A stretch of DNA of 64,000 bases. It comes from Pseudomonadota bacterium. GTDB lineage: Bacteria; Pseudomonadota; Gammaproteobacteria; Burkholderiales; Burkholderiaceae_D. Positions 9,718 to 18,337 of this stretch are shown in pieces (position 1 is the stretch's first letter; the number at the start of each line of letters is the position of its first letter). The stretch lies in NCBI GenBank assembly GCA_040386255.1, contig JAZKFW010000084.1, positions 7,295 through 71,294 of the forward strand. The letters are read 5' to 3'. The notes under the pieces are model-generated. The model saw nothing but the letters and a program-made list of their open reading frames with translations. It made no database searches and was not told the DNA's origin. The translations under genes were made by a program, and so were the position numbers.

Positions 9718-12495
9718 GTGGCGCAGTTATTCCCTCGCTTTACTCAAGACTCCCGTTTGCTCAGGATAACCACGCCGCTCGGTCCAGATAAGGTACTGGT
9801 CGAATGTGTACGGGGGAGCGAAGGCCTGAGCCGCGGCTATTCGTTCGACGTATCGGTGCTATCGACAGATGCCCACATTCCGCTCAAGTCCCTGCTCGGG
9901 CAGCCAGCCCTGCTCGAACTCCTGACCGCCGTGCAGGGAATAAAATGGCGTCCCTTCCACGGTCACATAACCTGCGCACGGCTGGCAGGCGCCAACGGAG
10001 GTTTTGCGCGCTATTGCCTCACCATCGAACCGTGGTCTGCCTTCATGGCATTTGGCCGTGACAGCCGGATGTTCCAGGATAAAACCGTCTTTGAGATTCT
10101 TGATGCGGTATTTCAGGGGTGGCAGGGCCTGGGCAAACTGGTCCCAGCCTGGCGATACGATATTGTTGAACGCGGTTCCTATCCGGTCCGATCGCTGACC
10201 TGCCAATACCAGGAATCGAATCTCGCCTTCGCCGAGCGGCTGATGTACGAGGAGGGGCTGTTCTACTACTTTGAACACAGCGCCACCCCGGACAGCGACC
10301 ATCTGGGCAGCCACACGCTGGTCATCGCCGACCATAACGGCAGCTTCAAGCCGAATCCACAAGCCGAGGTACGCTTCACCAAGCCCGGCGCGGTGATGCG
10401 TGACGACAGTATCGATCGCTGGCGCGTTACGTCCAGCGCGGTTACCGGTGAGGTGGCCATCAGCAGTTGGGATTACCGTTCGCGAAGCAGCCGTCCGGTC
10501 AGCGTCAGCGCGGACGATGCCTGGAACGGGGCGCGGCTAAGCAGCAGCGATGCGCCCGGGATCTATTCCTACCCGACACAAGCACACGGGCAGCGTATTG
10601 TTGACAGGCAGCTGCAAGCGTACGAGGTCGCAAAGGAAACCCATACTGGCGCCGGCACCGTGCGCACCTTCGTGCCCGGCACCACTTTCATCTTGCGCGA
10701 GCACGCCCAGTTCGACCAGGCCGACGATGACGAAGCGCGTACCTTCGCGATCATGCGCGTGCACCACCTGGCACACAACAACCTCAACGCCGAATTGCGG
10801 TCGACGATCACGCAAGCGCTCGGAGAAAACCCGCTCGATCCAAGTCATTTTGCAAACGCGACCGCGCAGCCTATCGGCGGGCGGCCGCTGTACCGGAACC
10901 GCTTCGACGCGATTGTTCGCGCCGTTGCCTATCGAAGCAGCAGCGACGACGGCCATGGCGTCCTGTTGCATCCGCGGCCCACCGTGTTCGGGCAGCAAAC
11001 GGCCATCGTGGTCGGTCCGCCCGGTGCCGTCACTCACACCGACCGCGATCACCGCATCAAAGTGCAATTCCACTGGCAGCGCAACGCCGGTAACGACGAC
11101 CTGAGCCACAGCCGCCTGAACCATCCCGCGCCGGAAGGCCAGACTGGTGCGCCGGCCGACGATCGCGCCGGCACCTGGGTACGCGTCGCCACACCGCTCG
11201 CCGGCGCCAACTGGGGCTCGGTTGCCATTCCGCGGGTCGGCAGCGAAGTGCTGATCGATTTCATTGACGGCAATATCGACCGCCCTGTTGTCATCGGCTG
11301 CCTGTACAACGGAAAGGGGCAGGCAGACGCCCAGTACAACCAGTTCTCCCAAGGCGTGGGCGTGGCGACCGGCAACGCACCAGCCTGGTTTCCCGGCGGG
11401 AGCGGCGCACACGCGCATCCGGCAACGCTGTCCGGCATCAAGACGCAGGCGATGAGCACGAGCCAGAGCGGCAACGGCGCCTACAACCAGCTCGTATTCG
11501 ACGACAGTGCCGGCCAGCCGCGTGTGGCGCTGCAAACCCATGCCAGTCCGCACGCGGGAACGGCCGAACTGAACCTGGGCACGCTGCGTCACCAGACCGA
11601 TAACCAGCGCCTCGACGCGCTCGGTTTTGGCGCCGAGCTGATGACAGGGCACAGCGCCGCACTGCGTGCTGGCCAGGGCCTGCTGCTGTCGACCGATACG
11701 CGGCAGGGCGCCAGCGGCAGCCAGCTCGATTCGCGCGAGGCGCTGGCGCAAATCGAACAAAGCCACGCACTGCAAGCAGCGCTCGCTGGCACGGCACAGA
11801 AGCACAATGCCGCGCTGAAAGACGAGAAGGGCGGCGCCGAACCGGCCGCAGAGAAGCTGCCCGCTATCGACGCGACTGAGCAAAGCATCGGCGTGCTCAA
11901 AAACGTCGAGGGAAAAATAACGGCCTATTCCGAGCCGCAGCTGCAACTGTCGAGCCCGGCGGGCATCGCCGCCACCACGCCGGCCGATGCCATTATCGCC
12001 GCAGGAAACACCACCAGTATCACTGCCGGGCAAGACATCAATTTTGCGGCGAGCGGCAACAGCTTCCATGCCGTCAGGGCCGGCATCAGCTTGTTCACGT
12101 ACGGAAAGGCCAGCGCGAAGGAAAAACCGAACCAGGAAACCGGGATCAAGCTGCACGCCGCCAGCGGCAAGGTGAGCAGCCAAAGCCAGTCGGACGAGAC
12201 GCGGATCACCGCCGATAAAGCCATCACCGTGGCCAGCATCACCAAGAGCGTTACTGCCGCAGCCAAGGAGCACGTGCTGCTGACCGCGCAGGGCGCGTAT
12301 CTGAAGATCGAGGGCGTCAACATCATGCTTCACGCGCCGGGCAAGGTGGAATTTAAGGCGTCGACGAAGGAGCTCGCCGGGCCGAAAGGCGTGAACAGTA
12401 AACTGCCCGTGCTTAAGGAAGTCGGGCAGATAAAAGGATGCGCACTGAAACTGGCATCTGCAACCGAAGCGGGCGGCGCCAGTGTCAAACGATAA
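9718..12495 (+). CDS. vgrG: Type VI secretion spike protein VgrG (TssI)
   Basis: GTG 9718 lies 7 nt after AGAGGAG. The N-terminus FTQDSRLLRITTPLGPDKVLVECVRGSEGLSRGYSFDVSVLS is the canonical VgrG start. The gp27/gp5-like body includes VGSEVLIDFIDGNIDRPVVIGCLYN, and the C-terminal repeats are DUF2345-like. Confidence 0.9.
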   Translation: MAQLFPRFTQDSRLLRITTPLGPDKVLVECVRGSEGLSRGYSFDVSVLSTDAHIPLKSLLGQPALLELLTAVQGIKWRPFHGHITCARLAGANGGFARYCLTIEPWSAFMAFGRDSRMFQDKTVFEILDAVFQGWQGLGKLVPAWRYDIVERGSYPVRSLTCQYQESNLAFAERLMYEEGLFYYFEHSATPDSDHLGSHTLVIADHNGSFKPNPQAEVRFTKPGAVMRDDSIDRWRVTSSAVTGEVAISSWDYRSRSSRPVSVSADDAWNGARLSSSDAPGIYSYPTQAHGQRIVDRQLQAYEVAKETHTGAGTVRTFVPGTTFILREHAQFDQADDDEARTFAIMRVHHLAHNNLNAELRSTITQALGENPLDPSHFANATAQPIGGRPLYRNRFDAIVRAVAYRSSSDDGHGVLLHPRPTVFGQQTAIVVGPPGAVTHTDRDHRIKVQFHWQRNAGNDDLSHSRLNHPAPEGQTGAPADDRAGTWVRVATPLAGANWGSVAIPRVGSEVLIDFIDGNIDRPVVIGCLYNGKGQADAQYNQFSQGVGVATGNAPAWFPGGSGAHAHPATLSGIKTQAMSTSQSGNGAYNQLVFDDSAGQPRVALQTHASPHAGTAELNLGTLRHQTDNQRLDALGFGAELMTGHSAALRAGQGLLLSTDTRQGASGSQLDSREALAQIEQSHALQAALAGTAQKHNAALKDEKGGAEPAAEKLPAIDATEQSIGVLKNVEGKITAYSEPQLQLSSPAGIAATTPADAIIAAGNTTSITAGQDINFAASGNSFHAVRAGISLFTYGKASAKEKPNQETGIKLHAASGKVSSQSQSDETRITADKAITVASITKSVTAAAKEHVLLTAQGAYLKIEGVNIMLHAPGKVEFKASTKELAGPKGVNSKLPVLKEVGQIKGCALKLASATEAGGASVKR

Positions 12496-13423
12496 TCCGA
12501 CCCTCAATCATGTCGCTGAGGAGATCGATGCCCTTTGCCTGCAACGCGGGCGCTGCGTGCTATTGCTTGATCCGTTTGGCGGCAATCACTTGAAGGCGGC
12601 GATCGATGCGCTGGTATCCCCGCCGGCCCAACGCCTGCGCCTGAACGACCCGATCTTCAAGGACGACCTGGAGAGTGCGCCTTTATTGATCGAGCTGTTA
12701 AGCACGGAGGAGACCCATCAGGAGTTGCTAGCGCAGAGCATCACGCGCGCGCAGGAAGAGGCGCGTAACACGGCCGGGCCGCGCGGAGTCTGCGCTTGGT
12801 TGTTCACCGACGCCCCGCTGCAGCGACTGCAGCACGCAATGCGCCAACGCCTCGATGCGCAATACCCGAAGCGCGAACGCGTATACCTGCGCTATTTCGA
12901 TCCGCGGGTCATGCCACGGTTGGCCGAATTGCTCGGTTCGCCCACCGAAAAGCCAACGCCGCCTTATAGCAGCCTGACGCACCTGCTCGGCCCAATCCAA
13001 ACCTGGTGCCATCTCAATCGCGAAGGCGATCTGCAGCGCCACGACAACCCACAACCCGCCAACGCGGGACTCGGCGGGTACCTGCATTTCGACCAAACGA
13101 CGGCGGCGGCGATCGACCGCATCGAGGCTATCAATTTGACTGCGCGTGCGCTCCTTCAGCGCGCAATGCCGTGCAAGCAAAGCGATGACGGGATGATCGA
13201 CACGCATTTGAGACATGCGAAAAGCCTTGGGCTAACTCAGATTGCTGATTGGGTCGCTTACGCGTGGCGTGCGATGCATCACGGTACCGCATTCACGCGC
13301 CATTCGATGCTGCATCAACTACTTGCGCAAGCGGCGTCGAACGGCATCCCATTCGACGTGCTAGTGGAAGCGCACTTGCCAGCAACCTCTTTCGACATCG
13401 CCCCTAGTGAGACGACAGCATGA
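12482..13423 (+). CDS. DUF4123-family T6SS effector adaptor/chaperone (VasW/Tap-1-like)
   Basis: It overlaps the vgrG stop by 14 nt. The motifs CVLLLDPFGG, APLLIEL and RVYLRYFDPRVMPRL match my memory of DUF4123. Its position between vgrG and a large effector fits that role. Confidence 0.8.
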   Translation: MSNDNPTLNHVAEEIDALCLQRGRCVLLLDPFGGNHLKAAIDALVSPPAQRLRLNDPIFKDDLESAPLLIELLSTEETHQELLAQSITRAQEEARNTAGPRGVCAWLFTDAPLQRLQHAMRQRLDAQYPKRERVYLRYFDPRVMPRLAELLGSPTEKPTPPYSSLTHLLGPIQTWCHLNREGDLQRHDNPQPANAGLGGYLHFDQTTAAAIDRIEAINLTARALLQRAMPCKQSDDGMIDTHLRHAKSLGLTQIADWVAYAWRAMHHGTAFTRHSMLHQLLAQAASNGIPFDVLVEAHLPATSFDIAPSETTA

Positions 13424-16400
13424 GCGGAAAAAAAGACTGCAAATTCTGCGAGAAAAACGGCCTGCTGTGGCTACCCCTGCGCTACAGCGTAGTCGGTTCC
13501 GACTACCCGACCGCGTTCGATCGCCTTCCTGAAATCGGCGGCAAAAAGCTCGGCAAAGGCGTCGTCGACATCAAACTGACTGACCCCAAAAGCAAATACG
13601 CGGTCCGCCTGCTGCGCCCAGGCTATTTATACCTGCTGCTCGATCACAGGGGACTGCGGTACTGGCGCGCGTACCAAGTGCTCGATGACGCCAACTTATA
13701 TGAATTTGACGTCGACAACCCTCCACAAATCGAACCGCAATTCAGCTGCGATCCAATTCTTTGCGGCGTCAATGCGAGCGTGGTGTCGATCCCAGATCCG
13801 CGTAACGTCAAGAAAATGTTTGCGCTCTTCACGCACGCGCCGCTGACCAAAGCGAAGCTGTCGGAGTACCGAGCCAGTGCAGACGCCTACGCGCGCGAAG
13901 GCAAGATGCAAACCTTCAGTCCGGCCGATTGGCTGAACGGAGACACCGAGCAGCTGCACAGCCTGCTAGGGGCGGAATTGTTGACCACCGTAGCGGAATA
14001 CCGGCTCTTTACAGAACCCGGTAACCCCGCGTCACCGCATGCGCGGCCATTCGCCACGCCGTTGAGCCAGGCATTGAACGAGCAGATGATCCCGGCCACG
14101 CGAGACGCCTATGGCGTGGCAATCCCCAACGAAAAAGGCGTGTATGGCGGACGGATGGGTGCGCTGCAAGACCTCATCAAACGCAACGGATACGCCGCAT
14201 TCGTTTTGTACGACCATATCGGCATAACGCAAGAACTGAACGACTTCCGGAACGACGCGTTTATGCCGATCGATGCGTTCATGGGGCAGCGGGACGGTCC
14301 GGGACCCGACAACAGACGCAAGTTTGACGTCTACAACGAAATCACAGAGTGGCGTCAGTTGATGGAGAAAGGTCTGGTGACCAATGCTGAGCACTCTGTG
14401 GAGCAGGCCGATTATTTGCGCCGTGTTCAGCGAGAACCTTTATTCATTGACGACTCCAAAACGATGTTGGCAGATAAAGCCGCAAAGAGCGGTGTTGTAC
14501 CAACGGTCCGGGAGCGCCAGAAATTCCCCAGGCGTAAGGAATGGGAGTCAGCACATCCGGCGATTGTGGAAGAACTTGAGCGAGAACGACAGGTTGACGA
14601 GGACAGCTACATCGAGTTCGCGCAAAACAAAGCGAAAAACGATTGGCGGGACAGATACGCACCCCATCTGGACCTAATGGAGATGGAGAGATTCATCGCC
14701 AAGATGAATGGCATCTCAAAGCAGAGCCAGACAAACGCAAACACACGTGCCGCGCAACACATTAGCTGGCTGAAATCGGAGCGCGTTATCCGCGCGCTTG
14801 ACGTCTGCGACCAAGAGGATCCGATTTCCGGCGAAGCTTTGAGCGCACAGATCTTCCAATGCATCTTCGGAATGGAGGGATGCGCAGAAACAGAGAGAGT
14901 GCTAACAGATTGGGCGACCGCAATACATGTGGAACGCGAAAACCTTTTCTTGCGCGCATTCACCCGCGATCAGAAAGGCGTGAAAGAGGAGTTGGATAAG
15001 TCATTATCCGAAGTACCCGAACAAACGACCGGTACCACAGAATTCACGGTCGGCCCAGCTACGAGTAGCACGACGGCCTCAAAGGGCGTTGTCGCCGCCA
15101 TGAAAGCAACCGATTCAGCGCTCGACGAGTGGATGCGTCAGCAAGGTCAAAGTAAAAGTTACCTCAATCCTAAACACATTGCAAACGTCGAAGCCCGGTT
15201 TTTCTACCTCGTTTCCACAGTGACACGCGCAGTGGCGAGAAAGGGTATCGGAAGCATGCTTGAGATGAAGTTGGTAGGTCGGGCCAATGTGCTTTTGATG
15301 TCGCGTTTAGGAGATTTGGCCGCGAAGTTAGAACATGATACGTTGACCGCACAAATTGACCCAAGTAAATGGAACGATATCAAACAAAAGCATAAGCAGG
15401 CCGAAGTCCAAGCAAGAGCAGCGGAGGCTCGAAAAACCGCGCAACAGAGAAAAGCGTATCGCCTTGCCAAGCGCGCTAAGGCGCAGTTGGAGAACGCTGC
15501 ACTAGATCTAATCTCGGATGCACAATGTAAAGCAAAGTTGCACGTGGCTGCAGGTGCAAAAAGTTTAGGATGGAACGCGCTTCAAGGAGATCTGGAGGAA
15601 AGCGCTAAACAGCATCGAAATTACAAGGACGTCGCAAAGAATCTCGAAGGAAAAAAAACTTCGGCTGAAAGAATACCTAGTTCTCCTAGCCCGACGAACA
15701 ACTATCACCAAGTTCGCCTGGGAGGCGCCCTAGCAGCGATTGAAAGCTTATCTTTGTACAGCAAGATTAAGGAAATGAAAGAACCCGGCTTTAATATTGC
15801 CACAGGCGAAATCATCGCTTCTGCTGCCAGTCTGTCCAGCATACTCGCCGATATGATGTACGCATATACAAAATCAGTTCGCGAACTACCGAATTATATT
15901 GCCATTGATGGAATCAAACAAGGCGCAGATATTGTTCGCGGTGGCTTCAAACTTATCGCTGGATCGTTGGCCTTACTTGCAGGCGTATCAACCGTACTTA
16001 TTGAGTACAGGAAAGCCAAAAACGAGCATGATCCATTTCTACAAGGAATTTTGTACGCGAGGTCATTCCATGGAGGTGCATCAACAATTTTTGGTGCCCT
16101 TGCCGCATTTTCGTATACGGGTCCGCTTCTAAACCATCTTGCAAAGAAGCATTCCCGCGCGGTATATGTTTCAAAGCGCTTGAATGCAGCCGGGACCTTG
16201 GCAAACGCACTTGTTGATCGGGTCACATTGTTGCGCACCGTTGCTTGGCTCGGCTGGGTAGGCGTCATCATTACGGTCGCTGATCTTGCCGTCGCCGGAT
16301 ATCGATGGCATGTCGAGTACACCGCAATTACGCGATGGCTCAGTCGCTGTACGTTCCGCAAGATGAAAACAAACAAGTGCTTCAACTCCCGATGCGAAGA

Positions 16401-16446
16401 GCTCGAAGAACTTCGAAAAGCGCTACAACCGAGAAGCGGAATCTGA
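13420..16446 (+). CDS. T6SS effector, VasX-N-terminal-region family, with hydrophobic C-terminal (pore-forming-like) domain
   Basis: ATGA overlap with the adaptor gene. The N-terminus CKFCEKNGLLWLPLRYSVV has the Cys-x2-Cys plus LP(L/V)RY signature. A Lys/Ala/Gln-rich coiled-coil-like stretch is followed by 4-5 hydrophobic helices in the last ~250 aa. Confidence 0.8.
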   Translation: MSGKKDCKFCEKNGLLWLPLRYSVVGSDYPTAFDRLPEIGGKKLGKGVVDIKLTDPKSKYAVRLLRPGYLYLLLDHRGLRYWRAYQVLDDANLYEFDVDNPPQIEPQFSCDPILCGVNASVVSIPDPRNVKKMFALFTHAPLTKAKLSEYRASADAYAREGKMQTFSPADWLNGDTEQLHSLLGAELLTTVAEYRLFTEPGNPASPHARPFATPLSQALNEQMIPATRDAYGVAIPNEKGVYGGRMGALQDLIKRNGYAAFVLYDHIGITQELNDFRNDAFMPIDAFMGQRDGPGPDNRRKFDVYNEITEWRQLMEKGLVTNAEHSVEQADYLRRVQREPLFIDDSKTMLADKAAKSGVVPTVRERQKFPRRKEWESAHPAIVEELERERQVDEDSYIEFAQNKAKNDWRDRYAPHLDLMEMERFIAKMNGISKQSQTNANTRAAQHISWLKSERVIRALDVCDQEDPISGEALSAQIFQCIFGMEGCAETERVLTDWATAIHVERENLFLRAFTRDQKGVKEELDKSLSEVPEQTTGTTEFTVGPATSSTTASKGVVAAMKATDSALDEWMRQQGQSKSYLNPKHIANVEARFFYLVSTVTRAVARKGIGSMLEMKLVGRANVLLMSRLGDLAAKLEHDTLTAQIDPSKWNDIKQKHKQAEVQARAAEARKTAQQRKAYRLAKRAKAQLENAALDLISDAQCKAKLHVAAGAKSLGWNALQGDLEESAKQHRNYKDVAKNLEGKKTSAERIPSSPSPTNNYHQVRLGGALAAIESLSLYSKIKEMKEPGFNIATGEIIASAASLSSILADMMYAYTKSVRELPNYIAIDGIKQGADIVRGGFKLIAGSLALLAGVSTVLIEYRKAKNEHDPFLQGILYARSFHGGASTIFGALAAFSYTGPLLNHLAKKHSRAVYVSKRLNAAGTLANALVDRVTLLRTVAWLGWVGVIITVADLAVAGYRWHVEYTAITRWLSRCTFRKMKTNKCFNSRCEELEELRKALQPRSGI

Positions 16447-16502
16447 GCAAAGAAAAAAAACAACAAACGGGTAGCCTACATTCTAAGTTGAGGGGTATCA
16501 CA

Positions 16503-17264
16503 ATGAATATGCAACAGGAAGCTCAATTCTTTGTTGTCGAAGGCACGATCCAAGCTATGCAGATATCATCCGGCAGTGTGAATCTAATCGAAGACATACA
16601 AAATGGTGCTTTCTGGACCGGCGTGGCCGCAGGAGTTGGAGGTGAAGCCGGAGTGTTAGCGAATTCCGCCAGTCTGACCCTGTATGACGGCGAAGAAGTC
16701 GAGCATATGGCTTTACTAATTAACGATCGGCTTGCAATTGGAACATTCGAATGGCTTCGAGATCTGATGATAGATGACGATGTAAAGCTAGTCGTGTCTG
16801 AAACCGACGCCGGGCCATTATTTGTTCACGCGATTCTTCGCAAGAACGACCAGTTACTATGGACACCACTCTGTGTGAATCATACGCGCCGGGGCTGGAT
16901 GTTACACGGCGTAAAGCTGGGTTCGACAGGTCTTTTGGGCATGATTCTTATGTTCGGATCAATTTTCGTTTTGGATGAGAAGAGCAGACCCGACGGGCCA
17001 TGGCTATTATTCGGAATATTTTTCACAATCGCATTAATTTCATTTGTCGTATTTATGAGCACTGCAAGCGTTATCCATCAGGGAGACTACGCGGAGAAAA
17101 TATTTCGTGCGCTCGGGGTCCCAAAAGCTGACAGGTTTCAGATAAAGCCTTATTCAATTTTCAATTTGCATTTTGAACACGCAGAGGAACCTTTTAAAAA
17201 AAACCATATCTATCAATTTTCCGATGCGCTGTACGCTCATAAACTCAAGTTTAATCTACCGTAG
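16503..17264 (+). CDS. Putative immunity protein 1 (2-TM membrane protein, unknown family)
   Basis: ATG 16503 lies 7 nt after GAGGGG, immediately downstream of the effector. Two hydrophobic helices (LGSTGLLGMILMFGSIFVL and WLLFGIFFTIALISFVVFMSTASVI). It is a paralog of the next gene. Confidence 0.55.
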   Translation: MNMQQEAQFFVVEGTIQAMQISSGSVNLIEDIQNGAFWTGVAAGVGGEAGVLANSASLTLYDGEEVEHMALLINDRLAIGTFEWLRDLMIDDDVKLVVSETDAGPLFVHAILRKNDQLLWTPLCVNHTRRGWMLHGVKLGSTGLLGMILMFGSIFVLDEKSRPDGPWLLFGIFFTIALISFVVFMSTASVIHQGDYAEKIFRALGVPKADRFQIKPYSIFNLHFEHAEEPFKKNHIYQFSDALYAHKLKFNLP

Positions 17265-17565
17265 TTCTTTAAAATCTCTCCGGCTGTATGCGCGTGGCGC
17301 TATTCATCGATGAAAGCACATTCACTGCGCCGGGACGCGTGCATTTCATTTCGATACCGAAAACGACTCATTTGTCACAAGGAAAAACGCCGGGGCGTCG
17401 CGGGGGAAGCCGGTTCGATGATGGTTGCACCATATCATGAGGACTACACTATGTGCGGACATCTAGCTTACTAATGACGATCGCTGCGGCGCGCGCACAG
17501 CAGCTTTCTGACCGTGGGTTCTTACGAATGCCCCAATCAGCCATGATTAGCAGTGGAGAATGACT

Positions 17566-18312
17566 ATGCCGGAAACTCAACAATTATTTATCGTTCAAGG
17601 TCCGATTCAAGAACTACGAGTATCTCCTGACATCGCAAAATTAATTTTCGATCTGCAAACTGAAGCATTTGTTTCTGGTGTATTTTCCGGCTTCGCGGGA
17701 CAAGCGGGCGTGGCGGCAAATTCGGCAAGCGTCGCAATGTATGACGGCGAAGATGTGGAGCATTTAGCCCTGCTGATTAATGACAAACTTGTCGTCGGCA
17801 CCTTTGAATGGCTACGTAACCTGAACGTGGGAGATCAGGTCACACTGGTGGTATCGACAATTGACGATGGCCCCCTGTTCGCGCACGCTATCCTTCGCAG
17901 CAATGATCAGCTCCTGTGGACCCCGTTTTCCGTCGATCACACACGCCGGGGCTGGATACTGCACGCTGTGAAATTAGGGCTGCTTGGTTTAATCGGAACT
18001 TGGCTTATGCTTGGCTCGTTCTATATTCTTGGTAGTAGACCGACCGCAGAGGTTATGGCTTGGACGTTCGTCTTTTCTATTTTGCTAATCACTTTCGTCG
18101 TGTCTATGAGCACAATGGGGGTGATGCACTTAGGTGTGCAGGCGGAGGCTATTTTTCAAGCGTTGAAAGTACCAAAATTCGAGCAATTTAGAATCAAGCC
18201 CTACTCACTTCTTCGCATGCGCTCTGCGAACGACGCAGACCGCTTCAGAAAAGGGCATATATTCTATTTTGCAGATGCATTATCTGCGCACAAAAAGAAG
18301 TTTAGATTGTAG
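17566..18312 (+). CDS. Putative immunity protein 2 (paralog of 16503..17264)
   Basis: It shares blocks with the previous gene: YDGE(E/D)VEH(M/L)ALLIND, GTFEWLR, NDQLLWTP, HTRRGW, (Q/R)IKPYS. The two-helix topology is the same. ATG 17566 lies 7 nt after GGAGA; the alternative ATG is at 17560. Confidence 0.55.
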   Translation: MPETQQLFIVQGPIQELRVSPDIAKLIFDLQTEAFVSGVFSGFAGQAGVAANSASVAMYDGEDVEHLALLINDKLVVGTFEWLRNLNVGDQVTLVVSTIDDGPLFAHAILRSNDQLLWTPFSVDHTRRGWILHAVKLGLLGLIGTWLMLGSFYILGSRPTAEVMAWTFVFSILLITFVVSMSTMGVMHLGVQAEAIFQALKVPKFEQFRIKPYSLLRMRSANDADRFRKGHIFYFADALSAHKKKFRL

Positions 18313-18337
18313 TAAACGCCTCGCAGCGTTACCTCGT

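Noticed and set aside
10537-12507. 656-aa ORF antisense to vgrG
   Set aside because: Its composition is that of a shadow ORF, with no recognisable domains, and the opposite strand encodes an unambiguous VgrG.
17265-17565. Spacer between the two immunity paralogs as a possible gene remnant
   Set aside because: It looks GC-richer than its neighbours and has a ~54-codon frame, but the translation (MKAHSLRRDACISF...) resembles nothing. It is noted only as context for the duplication.
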